DNA of 64,000 nt, taken from positions 1 through 64,000 of the IMG/VR virus record IMGVR_UViG_3300020577_013934; one strand, 5' to 3'. Source of the stretch: a virus. Its lineage: Duplodnaviria > Caudoviricetes. Position numbers and translations under genes: made by a program. Below the pieces are notes generated by a model. It was not told the DNA's origin and ran no database searches. It saw nothing but the letters and a program-made list of their open reading frames with translations. Below are positions 35,931 through 45,149 of this stretch, in pieces. Positions within the stretch are counted from its first letter, which is position 1, and each line of letters opens with the position of its first letter.

Positions 35931-36851
35931 TCAGGCGAGGCCGACGCGCTGCCGCCACGCGAGCGGCCGGGCGCGCAGCCACGCGGGCACGCCGCGCGCG
36001 TCGTCACCGGGGCGCGGCACGAGCATGCCGCCCGACCCGTAGCGGCCCGCGCGGATCAGCGCGGCGCGGGTCATCGGGCCCGGGATGCCGTCCGCGTCGA
36101 GGCCGAGCTGGGCCTGGAGGTCCTTCCACATCTTCAGGTCCTCGCCCGCCTCGACGTCGAGGCAGAGGTAGCCGGCGGCCTTGAGCGCGAGGAACGGCAG
36201 GTCCGAAGGGTCGCCCGCGCCGCGCTGGGCGTAGAGCCGGCCCGTCTCCTTGTTCGCGCTCCAGATGTTGCGGTGCCCGTAGAACAGGCACAGCGAGGCG
36301 CCCGCGCCGTGGGCGCTGAGCGCGCGCGTCAGCATGCCCGCGAACGGCTTTCCGTCGCGCCACGCGATCACGCGGGGGACGCCGCAGTGGTACGACCACT
36401 CGTCGCACAGGCGCACGTAGCCGTCGAGCTGGACCTGCGTGAGTGTCCCCTCGTTGGTCTGCACCAGCTCCCACCCGTCGGTGTAGCGGTTGACCTGCAT
36501 GGCGTGCCACGACGCGCCCCGGCCGGGGTCGAAGTTCTGGATCGCGGACGCGTCAAGGTCCTTGGTGAGGGTCCACGACTTCTCGTCTACGTTGGCGTTG
36601 TACCGGGCGAACGCCCAGTCGCGGAGCGACTCGATCAGGCTCTTGCTGTCGAGCCGGCGCACGGTACCCGACGTCGTGTGGGTCACGTGGCCGTGAATCC
36701 AGTCCGTCGCGGGATCGCGGCGCGAGACCTCGGTGAGCTGCGGCACCTTGGTTCCCTTGCCGCCGGTCACCGCGCGCACGACCTCGGGCGGGTCGAGAAA
36801 GCACGCGGTGTTCGGCACGTCGATCTTCTGGTCGTACAGTACGATGCTCAT
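35931..36851 (-). CDS. Endolysin: amidase_2-like domain plus peptidoglycan-binding domain
   Basis: HVTHTT, WHAMQVN..TDGWE, YGHRN..GDP; QAQLGLDADGIPGPMTRAAL. Confidence 0.8.
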   Translation of the reverse strand: MSIVLYDQKIDVPNTACFLDPPEVVRAVTGGKGTKVPQLTEVSRRDPATDWIHGHVTHTTSGTVRRLDSKSLIESLRDWAFARYNANVDEKSWTLTKDLDASAIQNFDPGRGASWHAMQVNRYTDGWELVQTNEGTLTQVQLDGYVRLCDEWSYHCGVPRVIAWRDGKPFAGMLTRALSAHGAGASLCLFYGHRNIWSANKETGRLYAQRGAGDPSDLPFLALKAAGYLCLDVEAGEDLKMWKDLQAQLGLDADGIPGPMTRAALIRAGRYGSGGMLVPRPGDDARGVPAWLRARPLAWRQRVGLA

Positions 36852-36906
36852 ACACCAAGGGTAGGTCGATCGTTGCCTTTCGGCTGAAGTAGAGCAAGTT
36901 TGTGGG

Positions 36907-37476
36907 GTGACGACCCGCACGCCGACCCTGCCCGTACGCCTCGCCCGCGCCCTCGCGCGCGGCGCGAAGTGGAACTGGGTCTACTGGCGCGCCACCGTCC
37001 GTGTCGACGAGCGCGAGGTCCTGGTGGCGGCGGTGCCCCATCGCGTCGTCCAGGCCGTCGAGCGCGGCGAGCTGACGCGCCTGCACGCCGCGCAGCTGCT
37101 CGCGTCGCGCGCCGAGCCGTCGCTCGACGGCTTTACGCCGTACGTGCCGCTCTGGGCCGAGGCCCTCGCGCAGCTCCTCGCGTTGCGCGTCGACGCCCGC
37201 CGCGCCGCGCTGCTCGGCCAGACAGCCCACGACCTCGCGCTCGCCGGCCGCTGGGCCGAGGCGTTCGAGGCCGCCTGGGGCGCGGCGGAGATCGAGCGCT
37301 CGTACGCCGGCCGCCCGACGAAGTGGCGGTCCCTGCTTTGTCTGGTCGCGCAGGAGCTGGTACGTTCGGGGCATGTCCGAGCAACCACCGACCCCCGCGT
37401 TCGATCGGCAGCAGAAGCGCCCGCTGGAACTCCGCGTCCGCGACATGAAGGACGAGGGCGGCATCAGCGAAGCTGA
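36907..37476 (+). CDS. Hypothetical protein
   Basis: GC3 bias; tail overlaps next gene. Confidence 0.65.
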   Translation: MTTRTPTLPVRLARALARGAKWNWVYWRATVRVDEREVLVAAVPHRVVQAVERGELTRLHAAQLLASRAEPSLDGFTPYVPLWAEALAQLLALRVDARRAALLGQTAHDLALAGRWAEAFEAAWGAAEIERSYAGRPTKWRSLLCLVAQELVRSGHVRATTDPRVRSAAEAPAGTPRPRHEGRGRHQRS

Positions 37477-37831
37477 GGCCAACCGGCTCGGCCGCTACAG
37501 CGCCGACGCCCTCGTCATCGTTCGCTTTCTGGCGGACGGCGACCGCCTCGCGATGCACCTGCACGCCCAGAACGGCGCGACCCAGCAGGGGCTGGGCGTC
37601 GAGGCCCTCTTCGGCGCGTGGCTGCGCCTCACGGCGCACATCATCGCGATGCCCTCGGACGGCGACATGAAGAAGCGCCAGGGCTTCCTCGCCTATGTCC
37701 TGAAGCTGCTGGGCCTCGACGAGAAGCTCCAGATCATCCAGACCGCTTCGGGGGGTCCGGGATCACGTTATGCGCCAGCGGATGCAGCGGCGCCGCCTTC
37801 GGATTCAGCTGACCCGCCGCCCCCACGCTGA
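37373..37831 (+). CDS. Hypothetical protein
   Basis: 152 aa; GC3 bias. Confidence 0.75.
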   Translation: MSEQPPTPAFDRQQKRPLELRVRDMKDEGGISEAEANRLGRYSADALVIVRFLADGDRLAMHLHAQNGATQQGLGVEALFGAWLRLTAHIIAMPSDGDMKKRQGFLAYVLKLLGLDEKLQIIQTASGGPGSRYAPADAAAPPSDSADPPPPR

Positions 37832-38060
37832 CGCGGCTCACGCCCGGGTCGCCGTGCGAGTGCACGTACCCGGCTTTCAGCGCCTTCGAGCCCGGGAAGT
37901 CCAGCACGTAGAGGTTCTTCCACTGGTGCGGCGCCGTGAGGATCACGGGCTTCATCGGCTCCGGGCACTCCGGGCACGGCAGCGTCGCCGGCTTGGCCGA
38001 GATCGAGCAGAAGTGCTCGACGTGGTGGTCGTTCTTGCACATGTAGTCGTACGTTGGCAT
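37734..38060 (-). CDS. FmdB-family zinc-ribbon protein
   Basis: MPTYDYMC...CPEC. Confidence 0.75.
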   Translation of the reverse strand: MPTYDYMCKNDHHVEHFCSISAKPATLPCPECPEPMKPVILTAPHQWKNLYVLDFPGSKALKAGYVHSHGDPGVSRVSVGAAGQLNPKAAPLHPLAHNVIPDPPKRSG

Positions 38061-38067
38061 CGCTCAC

Positions 38068-39852
38068 CTACGTGCAGCTTGCATCAGGTTCGCCGGGGGG
38101 TCGAGGCTGCATGTCGGAGCCGAACGCGACGGGGTCGAGCTGCGCGGCGACCGCCGCCTCCGCCTCCGCGAGCGCCGTCTGGATCGAGTCGATGCCGGCC
38201 AGCGCGTCGTTCGACGACGGCGGCCCGAACAACCCCTGGAGCATCGCGAACGCCGCCGCGATGGGCGCTGGGTCGGGCCCGACGCAGAGCAACACGACGC
38301 CCGTCACGTACTCGTCGCCGGTGTCGAACGACGGGCGATTCGCGTCGCTCGTGTCGTCCATCGTCAGGACCACGTCCGAGAGGAACGAGCCGACGCCGCC
38401 GCGCCCCTGGCGGATCGTCGCGAAGACGTCGGCGTCGGGCGTCGCGAAGATCGCCTGGAGCTGGGACAGGTACCCGTTGATCTCGGAGATCTGCCGCGAC
38501 AGCCGGTCGACCTCGCGCCCGAGCAGGTCGAGGTACGCGTTGTTGCGCTCGTTGAGGTTGCGCGACGCGACGCCGAGCGACGCGAGGTTTTCGAGCGCGC
38601 GGTCGAGCAGGCGTTCGAGGCCCGGGAGGAGCGTCGCCACCGACGGCGTGCGCGCCCAGTCCGGCGCGACGCCCATGCGCGCGTCGGTGAGCTGCGATCG
38701 CGAGGTGGGCCGGCGCCACTCGGCGCACGACGAGAGCATGTTGTAGGGGTTGTTCACCGTCGTCACGGCGTCGGTGCGGGGCGAGCCGCCGGGGCGGTTG
38801 CGTGGCGGCGCGGGCGACGCGCCCTCGACGCCGGCCGGGGCCTCGGTCCGCGACTTGAACGCGACGTGGTAGAAGTACGACTGACCGGCGGTCTGCTCGC
38901 TCGTGTCGATGAAGCGGTTGAGCACGCCGTCGTACGGCGCGACCTTCAGCACGCGCGCGCCGAAGCGCCCCGTCTGACCCTCGCGCAGGTTCACGTCGTC
39001 GAACAGGTCGCGCACCTGCGTCGCGGTCTTGGCGCGGAAGTCCGTCGAGCGGATGATCGCGTACTCCGTCGGCACGACGCGCGCGCCGTCGTAGCTGAGC
39101 AGCGCGACCGACTGCGGCACGCGCTCCCACTCCAGCACCGGGAAGTAACCGCGCCCGGATGGCCCGACGCGCAGCCCGCGCGGCACGAAGTCCGAGACGC
39201 CTCGGCTGGCGCTGACGCGGTTCGCGCTGCGCGTCGTCGAGAACAACCGGTCGAAGAACGTGGCCGCGCTCAGCAGGCTGGTCACGTCGGTCGCGCCCGC
39301 GACGAGCAGCGAGTAGGCCCAGTAGCTCGCGGCGTCGAACTTCGGGCGGTTGCGGTCGCCCGGGTCGTAGAGCGCCTCGGCGATCGTCTTGACGAAGTAG
39401 GCGTTGCCGCCGAGGAACAGGTCGTCGGGGTTGAAGATCTGCGCGAACGACGGGCTCTGGCGCACGCGCGCGGCTTCGCCCGCCGGCAAGCCGTTGAGCA
39501 GGTTCTGCTGCGGCACCTGCACGAAGTTCGAGCCGGGCTCGTCGGGGTTGTTCGGTCGGCTCGCGAGCGCGACGAGGCCCTTCTTCGGCAGCGGCACGAC
39601 CAGTACGTAGACGCCCGTCGTGTCGAGCAGCTCGTTCACGAACGTCGTGATCGTCGCGACGGCCGCCTGGATCGCCGCGTTGACCAGCCGCACGCGGTCT
39701 CCCTCCTCGGTCTGCACGAGGGCCTGCGTCACGCGCGCCTGGGTCTGCACGAGGGTCAGCGCGTTCTTTACGGCGTCAAGACCCGTTCCGATCGCCTGCG
39801 CGATCGTCTGCACGGCGGGCGGAAGGGTCAGGTTCAGGCTCTGCCACGGCAT
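38068..39852 (-). CDS. Putative baseplate/tail structural protein
   Basis: 594 aa in the morphogenesis operon; helical termini, beta-rich middle. Confidence 0.75.
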   Translation of the reverse strand: MPWQSLNLTLPPAVQTIAQAIGTGLDAVKNALTLVQTQARVTQALVQTEEGDRVRLVNAAIQAAVATITTFVNELLDTTGVYVLVVPLPKKGLVALASRPNNPDEPGSNFVQVPQQNLLNGLPAGEAARVRQSPSFAQIFNPDDLFLGGNAYFVKTIAEALYDPGDRNRPKFDAASYWAYSLLVAGATDVTSLLSAATFFDRLFSTTRSANRVSASRGVSDFVPRGLRVGPSGRGYFPVLEWERVPQSVALLSYDGARVVPTEYAIIRSTDFRAKTATQVRDLFDDVNLREGQTGRFGARVLKVAPYDGVLNRFIDTSEQTAGQSYFYHVAFKSRTEAPAGVEGASPAPPRNRPGGSPRTDAVTTVNNPYNMLSSCAEWRRPTSRSQLTDARMGVAPDWARTPSVATLLPGLERLLDRALENLASLGVASRNLNERNNAYLDLLGREVDRLSRQISEINGYLSQLQAIFATPDADVFATIRQGRGGVGSFLSDVVLTMDDTSDANRPSFDTGDEYVTGVVLLCVGPDPAPIAAAFAMLQGLFGPPSSNDALAGIDSIQTALAEAEAAVAAQLDPVAFGSDMQPRPPGEPDASCT

Positions 39853-40000
39853 CGGTCGGTTCCTTCGGTGGGCTCTGGGTCGCAAGCAAGCGGCGCGCCT
39901 TCGCGAGCTTGTCCAAGGTCTGGATACGCAGTAGGGTGCTGAGCAGCTGCCCTACGTCGTGCGCACGCGCGACGAACTTCGGTTGTTTGGTCCACGTCAC
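39776..40000 (-). CDS. Small hypothetical protein
   Basis: TAGACT 6 nt upstream of GTG. Confidence 0.55.
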   Translation of the reverse strand: MTWTKQPKFVARAHDVGQLLSTLLRIQTLDKLAKARRLLATQSPPKEPTDAVAEPEPDPSARRADDRAGDRNGS

Positions 40001-40017
40001 ACCAGGAGTCTATCACA

Positions 40018-40968
40018 ATGCGTCACAGCGAGATCGTCGCCACGAGCGGCACCGTCGTCCAGCTCATCGACCCGACCACGGGGATGTACATGGACGTCAC
40101 CTTCCACCCCGGCCAGACGCACCACGCGCTGCGCGTGATGATGAACGGCAAGCAGTTCGTTGCGCACCTCCGGCTCACCAAGATCGAGACCGACGACGAG
40201 CAGGACGTGGTCGCCACGCTCCGCGTGCCCGCCGCGCCGTCGGACGCGCCGCCGGTGCGCAAGGACGCCGCGCCGCACCCCGCGACTGTGCTCAAGCCCC
40301 AGGACCGCACGCGCGCCGGGGTCGAGGGGGCGCGCGCCAACCCGCTCGCGGCGCCGCACCCGGCGACCGTGCCCAACCCGAACGCGCCGCACCCCGCGAC
40401 CGTGCTGCGCCGCGAGGACGTGACGCGCGCGGGGATGGAGGCGATCCGCGTCTCGGACGTCAAGCCCCAGACGCGCGCCGAGCGGGCCGCGCAGCAGACG
40501 GCGCGCGCCGCCGTCGAGGCGGAGATCGAGCGCGAGAAGCACGAGCCCGTGATGTCCGACGAGGAGCTCGGCGCGCTGCGCACCGACGTCGACGCCCAGC
40601 GCCAGAAGAACGCGCAGCTCGCGGGCGGCGGCCAGATGGGCGCGCTCGAACCCCTCGTCGAGAGCGACGTGGACATGCACGCGCTCGACGAGCACCCGAT
40701 GTCCGAGGAGGAGGTCGAGAAGCTGCACGCCGACGCCGCCCAGCTGCGCGACCGCAGCGAGGGCTCGCCGGAGGCCGGCGAGTCGAAGGTCGAGTTCGTC
40801 GAGGAGGACGTCGTGCAGGTCGAGGACGAGCTCGCCGTGGCGACGCAGCCCACCGAAGGCGCGGCCCCGGCCTCCGAGGCGCCCGCCGCGACGGCGGACG
40901 CTCCGAAGGCCCAGGAGAGCGGCAAGAAGGGTGGGAAGGGTGGGAAGGGCGGCGTCACGCTGCGCTGA
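40018..40968 (+). CDS. Acidic low-complexity protein with three APHPATV repeats
   Basis: 316 aa; GC3 bias; opposite strand to neighbours. Confidence 0.8.
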   Translation: MRHSEIVATSGTVVQLIDPTTGMYMDVTFHPGQTHHALRVMMNGKQFVAHLRLTKIETDDEQDVVATLRVPAAPSDAPPVRKDAAPHPATVLKPQDRTRAGVEGARANPLAAPHPATVPNPNAPHPATVLRREDVTRAGMEAIRVSDVKPQTRAERAAQQTARAAVEAEIEREKHEPVMSDEELGALRTDVDAQRQKNAQLAGGGQMGALEPLVESDVDMHALDEHPMSEEEVEKLHADAAQLRDRSEGSPEAGESKVEFVEEDVVQVEDELAVATQPTEGAAPASEAPAATADAPKAQESGKKGGKGGKGGVTLR

Positions 40969-40980
40969 GCGCAGCGCGCG

Positions 40981-42261
40981 TCACGCGACGGCGACGATCG
41001 AGGCGCTCAGGACCTTGTAGTCCAGCAGCAGGTTCACTCCGACCACTTCACCGGCCACCACGCCCGCCGCGCCCAGGGCCGCGATCGTCGCCGTCGCCAC
41101 GAGATCCGTGTCGGTGTGCAGCGTGATCGCGGCGGGGGCGCCACCGATCTGCGCCACGGCCTGCTCGCCCGCGCCGCACGCGAGGTACGTGCGCGTCACG
41201 TCGACGAGGTTGCCCGCGCCGACCGCCGTCGCCCGCACGAGGGCCGACGCGGCGGCGTCGCCGTTGATAGCCGCTGCGACCTGCGCGAGCGTGCGGTTGG
41301 CCTGCGTGAAGTCCACGACGATGCTGTTGCCCGTCGTGGTCACGGCCGCGCCGCCCTGGTTCATGCGGATGGTTACGTTGATCAGGTTGCCCTGATTGCC
41401 CGCGCGCTGCGCCTGGAGGCGCAGGCGGTTGGTCGGGTCGGTGCCGGCCACCAGGAGGTCGGCGAACGCCGAGCCCGTGCCGTCGCCGCCCACGAGGAAG
41501 CGGAACGGACGCTGGGGCACCGCGTTCGGACCGACGATCGCCTGCTTGTTGGCGAACGGCGCGACCTGCTGCGCGGCGATGACCGCCGTCGCGCTGATCC
41601 ACACCGAGGCCAGGGCCGAGCCCGCGACCTGCGCGGCGATCGACGTGGTGTCCGAGGCGCCGGCCGCCGGCACGATCGTGATCAGCACCTTGCCGTCCGC
41701 GTACTCCTCGACGGTCACCGAGCCTGCGCCCGACGCCTCCTTGATCCAGACGCCGATGTTGTTGCCGCCGGGGCCCTTCTGGACCGCCGTGAACGTCATG
41801 AGCAGCTCGGGCTTGTTGTACAACGGGGTCTTGCCCGCCGCGCTGAACGAGCCGAGGTTGACGCGCTCGCGGTAGATGTTGAGCACGGCCTTGAGGCCGG
41901 GGATCAGGTTTTCGCCGCGCACCGTGAGCGCGGCGCCGCCGCCCACCGAGACCGAGCCCTCGATCTGATGGATGCGCGGGCGGTCGCCGGGCACCCACTC
42001 CATCGAGTAGGACAGCGCCGGGCGCGTGTGCAGCGGGATCACCACGCCGTTGGTGTCGAGCGCGGGAATGCGAGCCTGCGAGAGCTTGCGCAGCTGCGGA
42101 CGGAGGCGGTCCCAGACCGCGCCCGAGCAGCGCACGATGACGGTATCGCCGCCGTCGACGGACAGGCGCGTGAACTGGGCCTCGGGCGTCGACGCCTCCA
42201 GTCCGAGCACGTCCTGCGTGACGGACGGGGTGTTGGCGACGACGGTGATCTCTGCGTACAT
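40981..42261 (-). CDS. Putative tail/sheath-associated structural protein
   Basis: AAGGAG SD; two GxxGNxI...TxAxVAxxxxG domains similar to sheath insertions. Confidence 0.8.
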   Translation of the reverse strand: MYAEITVVANTPSVTQDVLGLEASTPEAQFTRLSVDGGDTVIVRCSGAVWDRLRPQLRKLSQARIPALDTNGVVIPLHTRPALSYSMEWVPGDRPRIHQIEGSVSVGGGAALTVRGENLIPGLKAVLNIYRERVNLGSFSAAGKTPLYNKPELLMTFTAVQKGPGGNNIGVWIKEASGAGSVTVEEYADGKVLITIVPAAGASDTTSIAAQVAGSALASVWISATAVIAAQQVAPFANKQAIVGPNAVPQRPFRFLVGGDGTGSAFADLLVAGTDPTNRLRLQAQRAGNQGNLINVTIRMNQGGAAVTTTGNSIVVDFTQANRTLAQVAAAINGDAAASALVRATAVGAGNLVDVTRTYLACGAGEQAVAQIGGAPAAITLHTDTDLVATATIAALGAAGVVAGEVVGVNLLLDYKVLSASIVAVA

Positions 42262-42310
42262 GGCGAGTCTCCTTTCGACCCTGTCAGTAAGGTCGGCGCC
42301 GAAAGTATAG

Positions 42311-43777
42311 TCAGCCGACCTTCGTCGTCGTGCAGCGGGACGACGACAGGTCGAGCGTCAGCGGGTTCGCCAGCGGCGCCAGCGTCGGCGACGGCCCCAC
42401 GCTCGGCGCGCCCGTGGGGTGGACGTGCGTCGCGAGCAACCCGAAGAGGATGTCGAGCTGCGCCTTGAACGAGGCCATCGTCGCGCTCAGCTCCTCGTAC
42501 TTCGTCGCGTGACTCCCCGCCGGCCCGAGCTGCACCGCGTCGGGCTGCGACGTGATGACCTTGAAGATCGACCCCTGGGGCGTGAACTCGATGTTGCCGC
42601 CGAGCGCCTGTACCGCGTAAAGCTGGCCGTCGCGCACCTCGAACCGCATCCGCCCGCGCGACACGACGGTGCGCGTGCCGGCCACGGTCTCGCTCGCGTT
42701 GCCGCCGACCTGCACGTCGCGGTCCTGGGTGACGTACGTCGAGTGCGAGCCGCCGACGTTCTCGGTCGCGTTGTTGCCCACGTCGTGCGTGGCGTTGGCC
42801 TCGTGGTGCACGCGCGCGTCGCCGCTGACGCGCTCGGTGCTCGCGCCCTCGACCTCGGTCTCGCGCCGGCCGTGGAAGCGCACCGGGTTCACGTCGCTCT
42901 CGCCGCCGCCGCCGTGCTGGTTGAGGCCGCCGGCCGCGAAGATCTCGCACGCGCCCGTCGCGCTCACGTGGAAGCGGAACAGCGCCTGCCCCTCGCGGTT
43001 CGTGACCTCCAGCTTGACCACGTCGCCGGTGTGGCCCACGTCGAGGCGGATCGTGTAGTTCTCCTCGTCGGCGCCGGTCTGCGTGATCTGGTCGGTGCCG
43101 CCGCGCCACACGAACGACGTCTTGCCGTCCTCGTTGAGGATGCGGCTCTCGCCCATCCACGAGATCATCCGGTACAGGCCCGTGACGATCTGCACGAGGT
43201 CGCTGTCGCCGAACGCCTGGACCTTCGCCAGGGCGCCGCCGCGCAGCTGCGCTACCTTGCCGTGCAGCGCGGAGACGGACGCGCCGTCGGGGCTCGTGCC
43301 CACGAAGTCGCCGGGCAGGATGTCGCGAGGCTCGTCGGGCGCGCGCGAGTTCGCCCCCAGGTTGCGCTGGAGCACCGGGTCGTCGCCGCCGTGTCCCGTC
43401 ACGTCCGTGATCGACTGCGGCGTCTCGGAGTCGACCGACGCGACCTCCGGGGGCAGCACGCCCATGATGTACGGCAGCCCGAGCGCCCACGTCACCACGA
43501 CGATCGTGCGCGGGGGCAGCAGCGTCATGTCGCCGGGGTGGCTGCGGATGCGCCCCATCTGCATCGTGCGCCCGGAGTTGAGCGCGACGCGATAGACCTG
43601 TCCGCGCGCGTCGCAGCTGAGGATCGTGCCGCGCTCGACGTGGGGCGTGCCCGCGCCCGTCGCGCCCGCGAGGGGGCCGGCCCCGCGTGGGTCGGCCATG
43701 CCCTGCGGGATGAGCGGGTCGGGCTGGGTGTTGAGACGGCCGGAGGGGCGGGCGGCAGGCGTGCGTCGGGCGACCAT
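42311..43777 (-). CDS. Baseplate central spike (gpV/gp5/VgrG-like)
   Basis: N-terminal OB-like fold, beta-helix repeats (E.V.G....VG), C-terminal THVHPTG apex; TACGCT 6 nt upstream. Confidence 0.8.
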   Translation of the reverse strand: MVARRTPAARPSGRLNTQPDPLIPQGMADPRGAGPLAGATGAGTPHVERGTILSCDARGQVYRVALNSGRTMQMGRIRSHPGDMTLLPPRTIVVVTWALGLPYIMGVLPPEVASVDSETPQSITDVTGHGGDDPVLQRNLGANSRAPDEPRDILPGDFVGTSPDGASVSALHGKVAQLRGGALAKVQAFGDSDLVQIVTGLYRMISWMGESRILNEDGKTSFVWRGGTDQITQTGADEENYTIRLDVGHTGDVVKLEVTNREGQALFRFHVSATGACEIFAAGGLNQHGGGGESDVNPVRFHGRRETEVEGASTERVSGDARVHHEANATHDVGNNATENVGGSHSTYVTQDRDVQVGGNASETVAGTRTVVSRGRMRFEVRDGQLYAVQALGGNIEFTPQGSIFKVITSQPDAVQLGPAGSHATKYEELSATMASFKAQLDILFGLLATHVHPTGAPSVGPSPTLAPLANPLTLDLSSSRCTTTKVG

Positions 43778-43791
43778 GCCCGAAGCGTACG

Positions 43792-44577
43792 CTACAGCGC
43801 GTTGACCGTGGAGTCGCCGAGGCCCGTGTCGCCGAACGTGCCCATGCGGTTGTAGGTCGGCTCGGGGAAGACGTTGGGCGCGAGGCCGAGCACCGCGTCC
43901 ATGAGCGCGCGGCCGACGGAGGGGACCTCCATCGCGTCCGACGCCTGATAGGGCAGGATGCGGTCGCAGAAGCCGCTGACCTGCTCCATCACCATCGCCT
44001 GTCCGGCGCCGATCTGCATGCCCCACGAGTTGATCATGCAGAGCTCCAGGTAGCAGCTCGCGACGAGCGTGCGGCTCTTGGTGCGCATGATCACGGCCAT
44101 GCCGAACGGGATGTAGAACAACTCCGAGTCCAGGTTGATGAAGAACTGGGAGTTCGGCGCGCCCTCGAACGCGGCCGGGTCGTCGAACTGGTCGGGGTTG
44201 AGTCCGCCGACCTCGACCGCGTTGTGGTACAGCGCGCGCAGCAGGTTGCGCCCGTTGATCATCACGCGCTGCACGTTCCACGACGACTGCGATTTGCCGC
44301 GCAGGAAGTACGAGCGGCCGGAGCCGATCGCCATCATGGGCGTCACGGGCGCCTGGGTCTGCACCCCAAACGCCGTAAACATCCCGAGCGCCATCAGCGT
44401 GCGGGGCGTGTTGCGCTCGGGGCGAGCGACCGAGCGACGCGCCGGACCGGCGAGCAGCAGCGTGTCGTCCGGGTGCGCGGCGTCGTACGTCGCGTTGTCG
44501 AGGATGCGCTCGACGTGGTTCCGCTGAAGGGACCACGTGGCCAGGGACTTGGTGACGCCGATCGGGTACGTGGGCAT
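43792..44577 (-). CDS. Putative tail tube protein
   Basis: AIGSGRSYFLRG, GRNLLRALY, CYLELC..M.QVSGFCDRI; located between sheath and spike. Confidence 0.7.
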   Translation of the reverse strand: MPTYPIGVTKSLATWSLQRNHVERILDNATYDAAHPDDTLLLAGPARRSVARPERNTPRTLMALGMFTAFGVQTQAPVTPMMAIGSGRSYFLRGKSQSSWNVQRVMINGRNLLRALYHNAVEVGGLNPDQFDDPAAFEGAPNSQFFINLDSELFYIPFGMAVIMRTKSRTLVASCYLELCMINSWGMQIGAGQAMVMEQVSGFCDRILPYQASDAMEVPSVGRALMDAVLGLAPNVFPEPTYNRMGTFGDTGLGDSTVNAL

Positions 44578-44612
44578 GGGCTCTCTCTACTCCGTAGGAT
44601 AGGGGTCCAGGT

Positions 44613-45149
44613 TCAGTGCCCGTGTGCCTTGGCGCGGTCGTAGAGGGCCGAGCCCATCAGGGCGAGCCCGACGAGGTCCTTCGCCGACGGGGCGCGGTCG
44701 GCGGGGTTCGTCGCGAGACTGTGCGCCGTCGTGGCGCCGAGCCCGAGCAGGCCCGCCGCGTCGAGCGCGGCGTGCAGGCGCGGGTGCGTGTGCGGGTCGG
44801 TGAGCTTGGCGCCGATGAAGCTGCCGTAGCTCGCGATGTCGGCGAGGTCGCTCGCGCCCAGGCGCGCCACCTTGACGGCGACGCGGTCGAGCGCGAGCGA
44901 GCCGGTCTTGGGCGCGCCGCCGAAGCCCATGAACGAGGCGCCCTGCCCGGCGCCCATGGCGCCGGCCACCGGCGCGACCACGCCGGTGACCTTGCCCGCC
45001 ATGTTCATCGCCTTGCCCGCCTTGCCGGCCGACGAGAGCGCGCCCATGCCGAGCATGCCCTTGCCGAAGTTGCCGGCGCCGCGCGCGAGGCCCCCGCCCA
45101 TGCGGGCGAGGGTCCCCCAGAACGCGATCTTCTGCTTGGCGTTCATCAT
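44613..45149 (-). CDS. Gly-rich K-x-A-motif protein
   Basis: MMNAKQKIAFWG; AVKVAR; hydrophobic C-terminal helices. Confidence 0.7.
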   Translation of the reverse strand: MMNAKQKIAFWGTLARMGGGLARGAGNFGKGMLGMGALSSAGKAGKAMNMAGKVTGVVAPVAGAMGAGQGASFMGFGGAPKTGSLALDRVAVKVARLGASDLADIASYGSFIGAKLTDPHTHPRLHAALDAAGLLGLGATTAHSLATNPADRAPSAKDLVGLALMGSALYDRAKAHGH

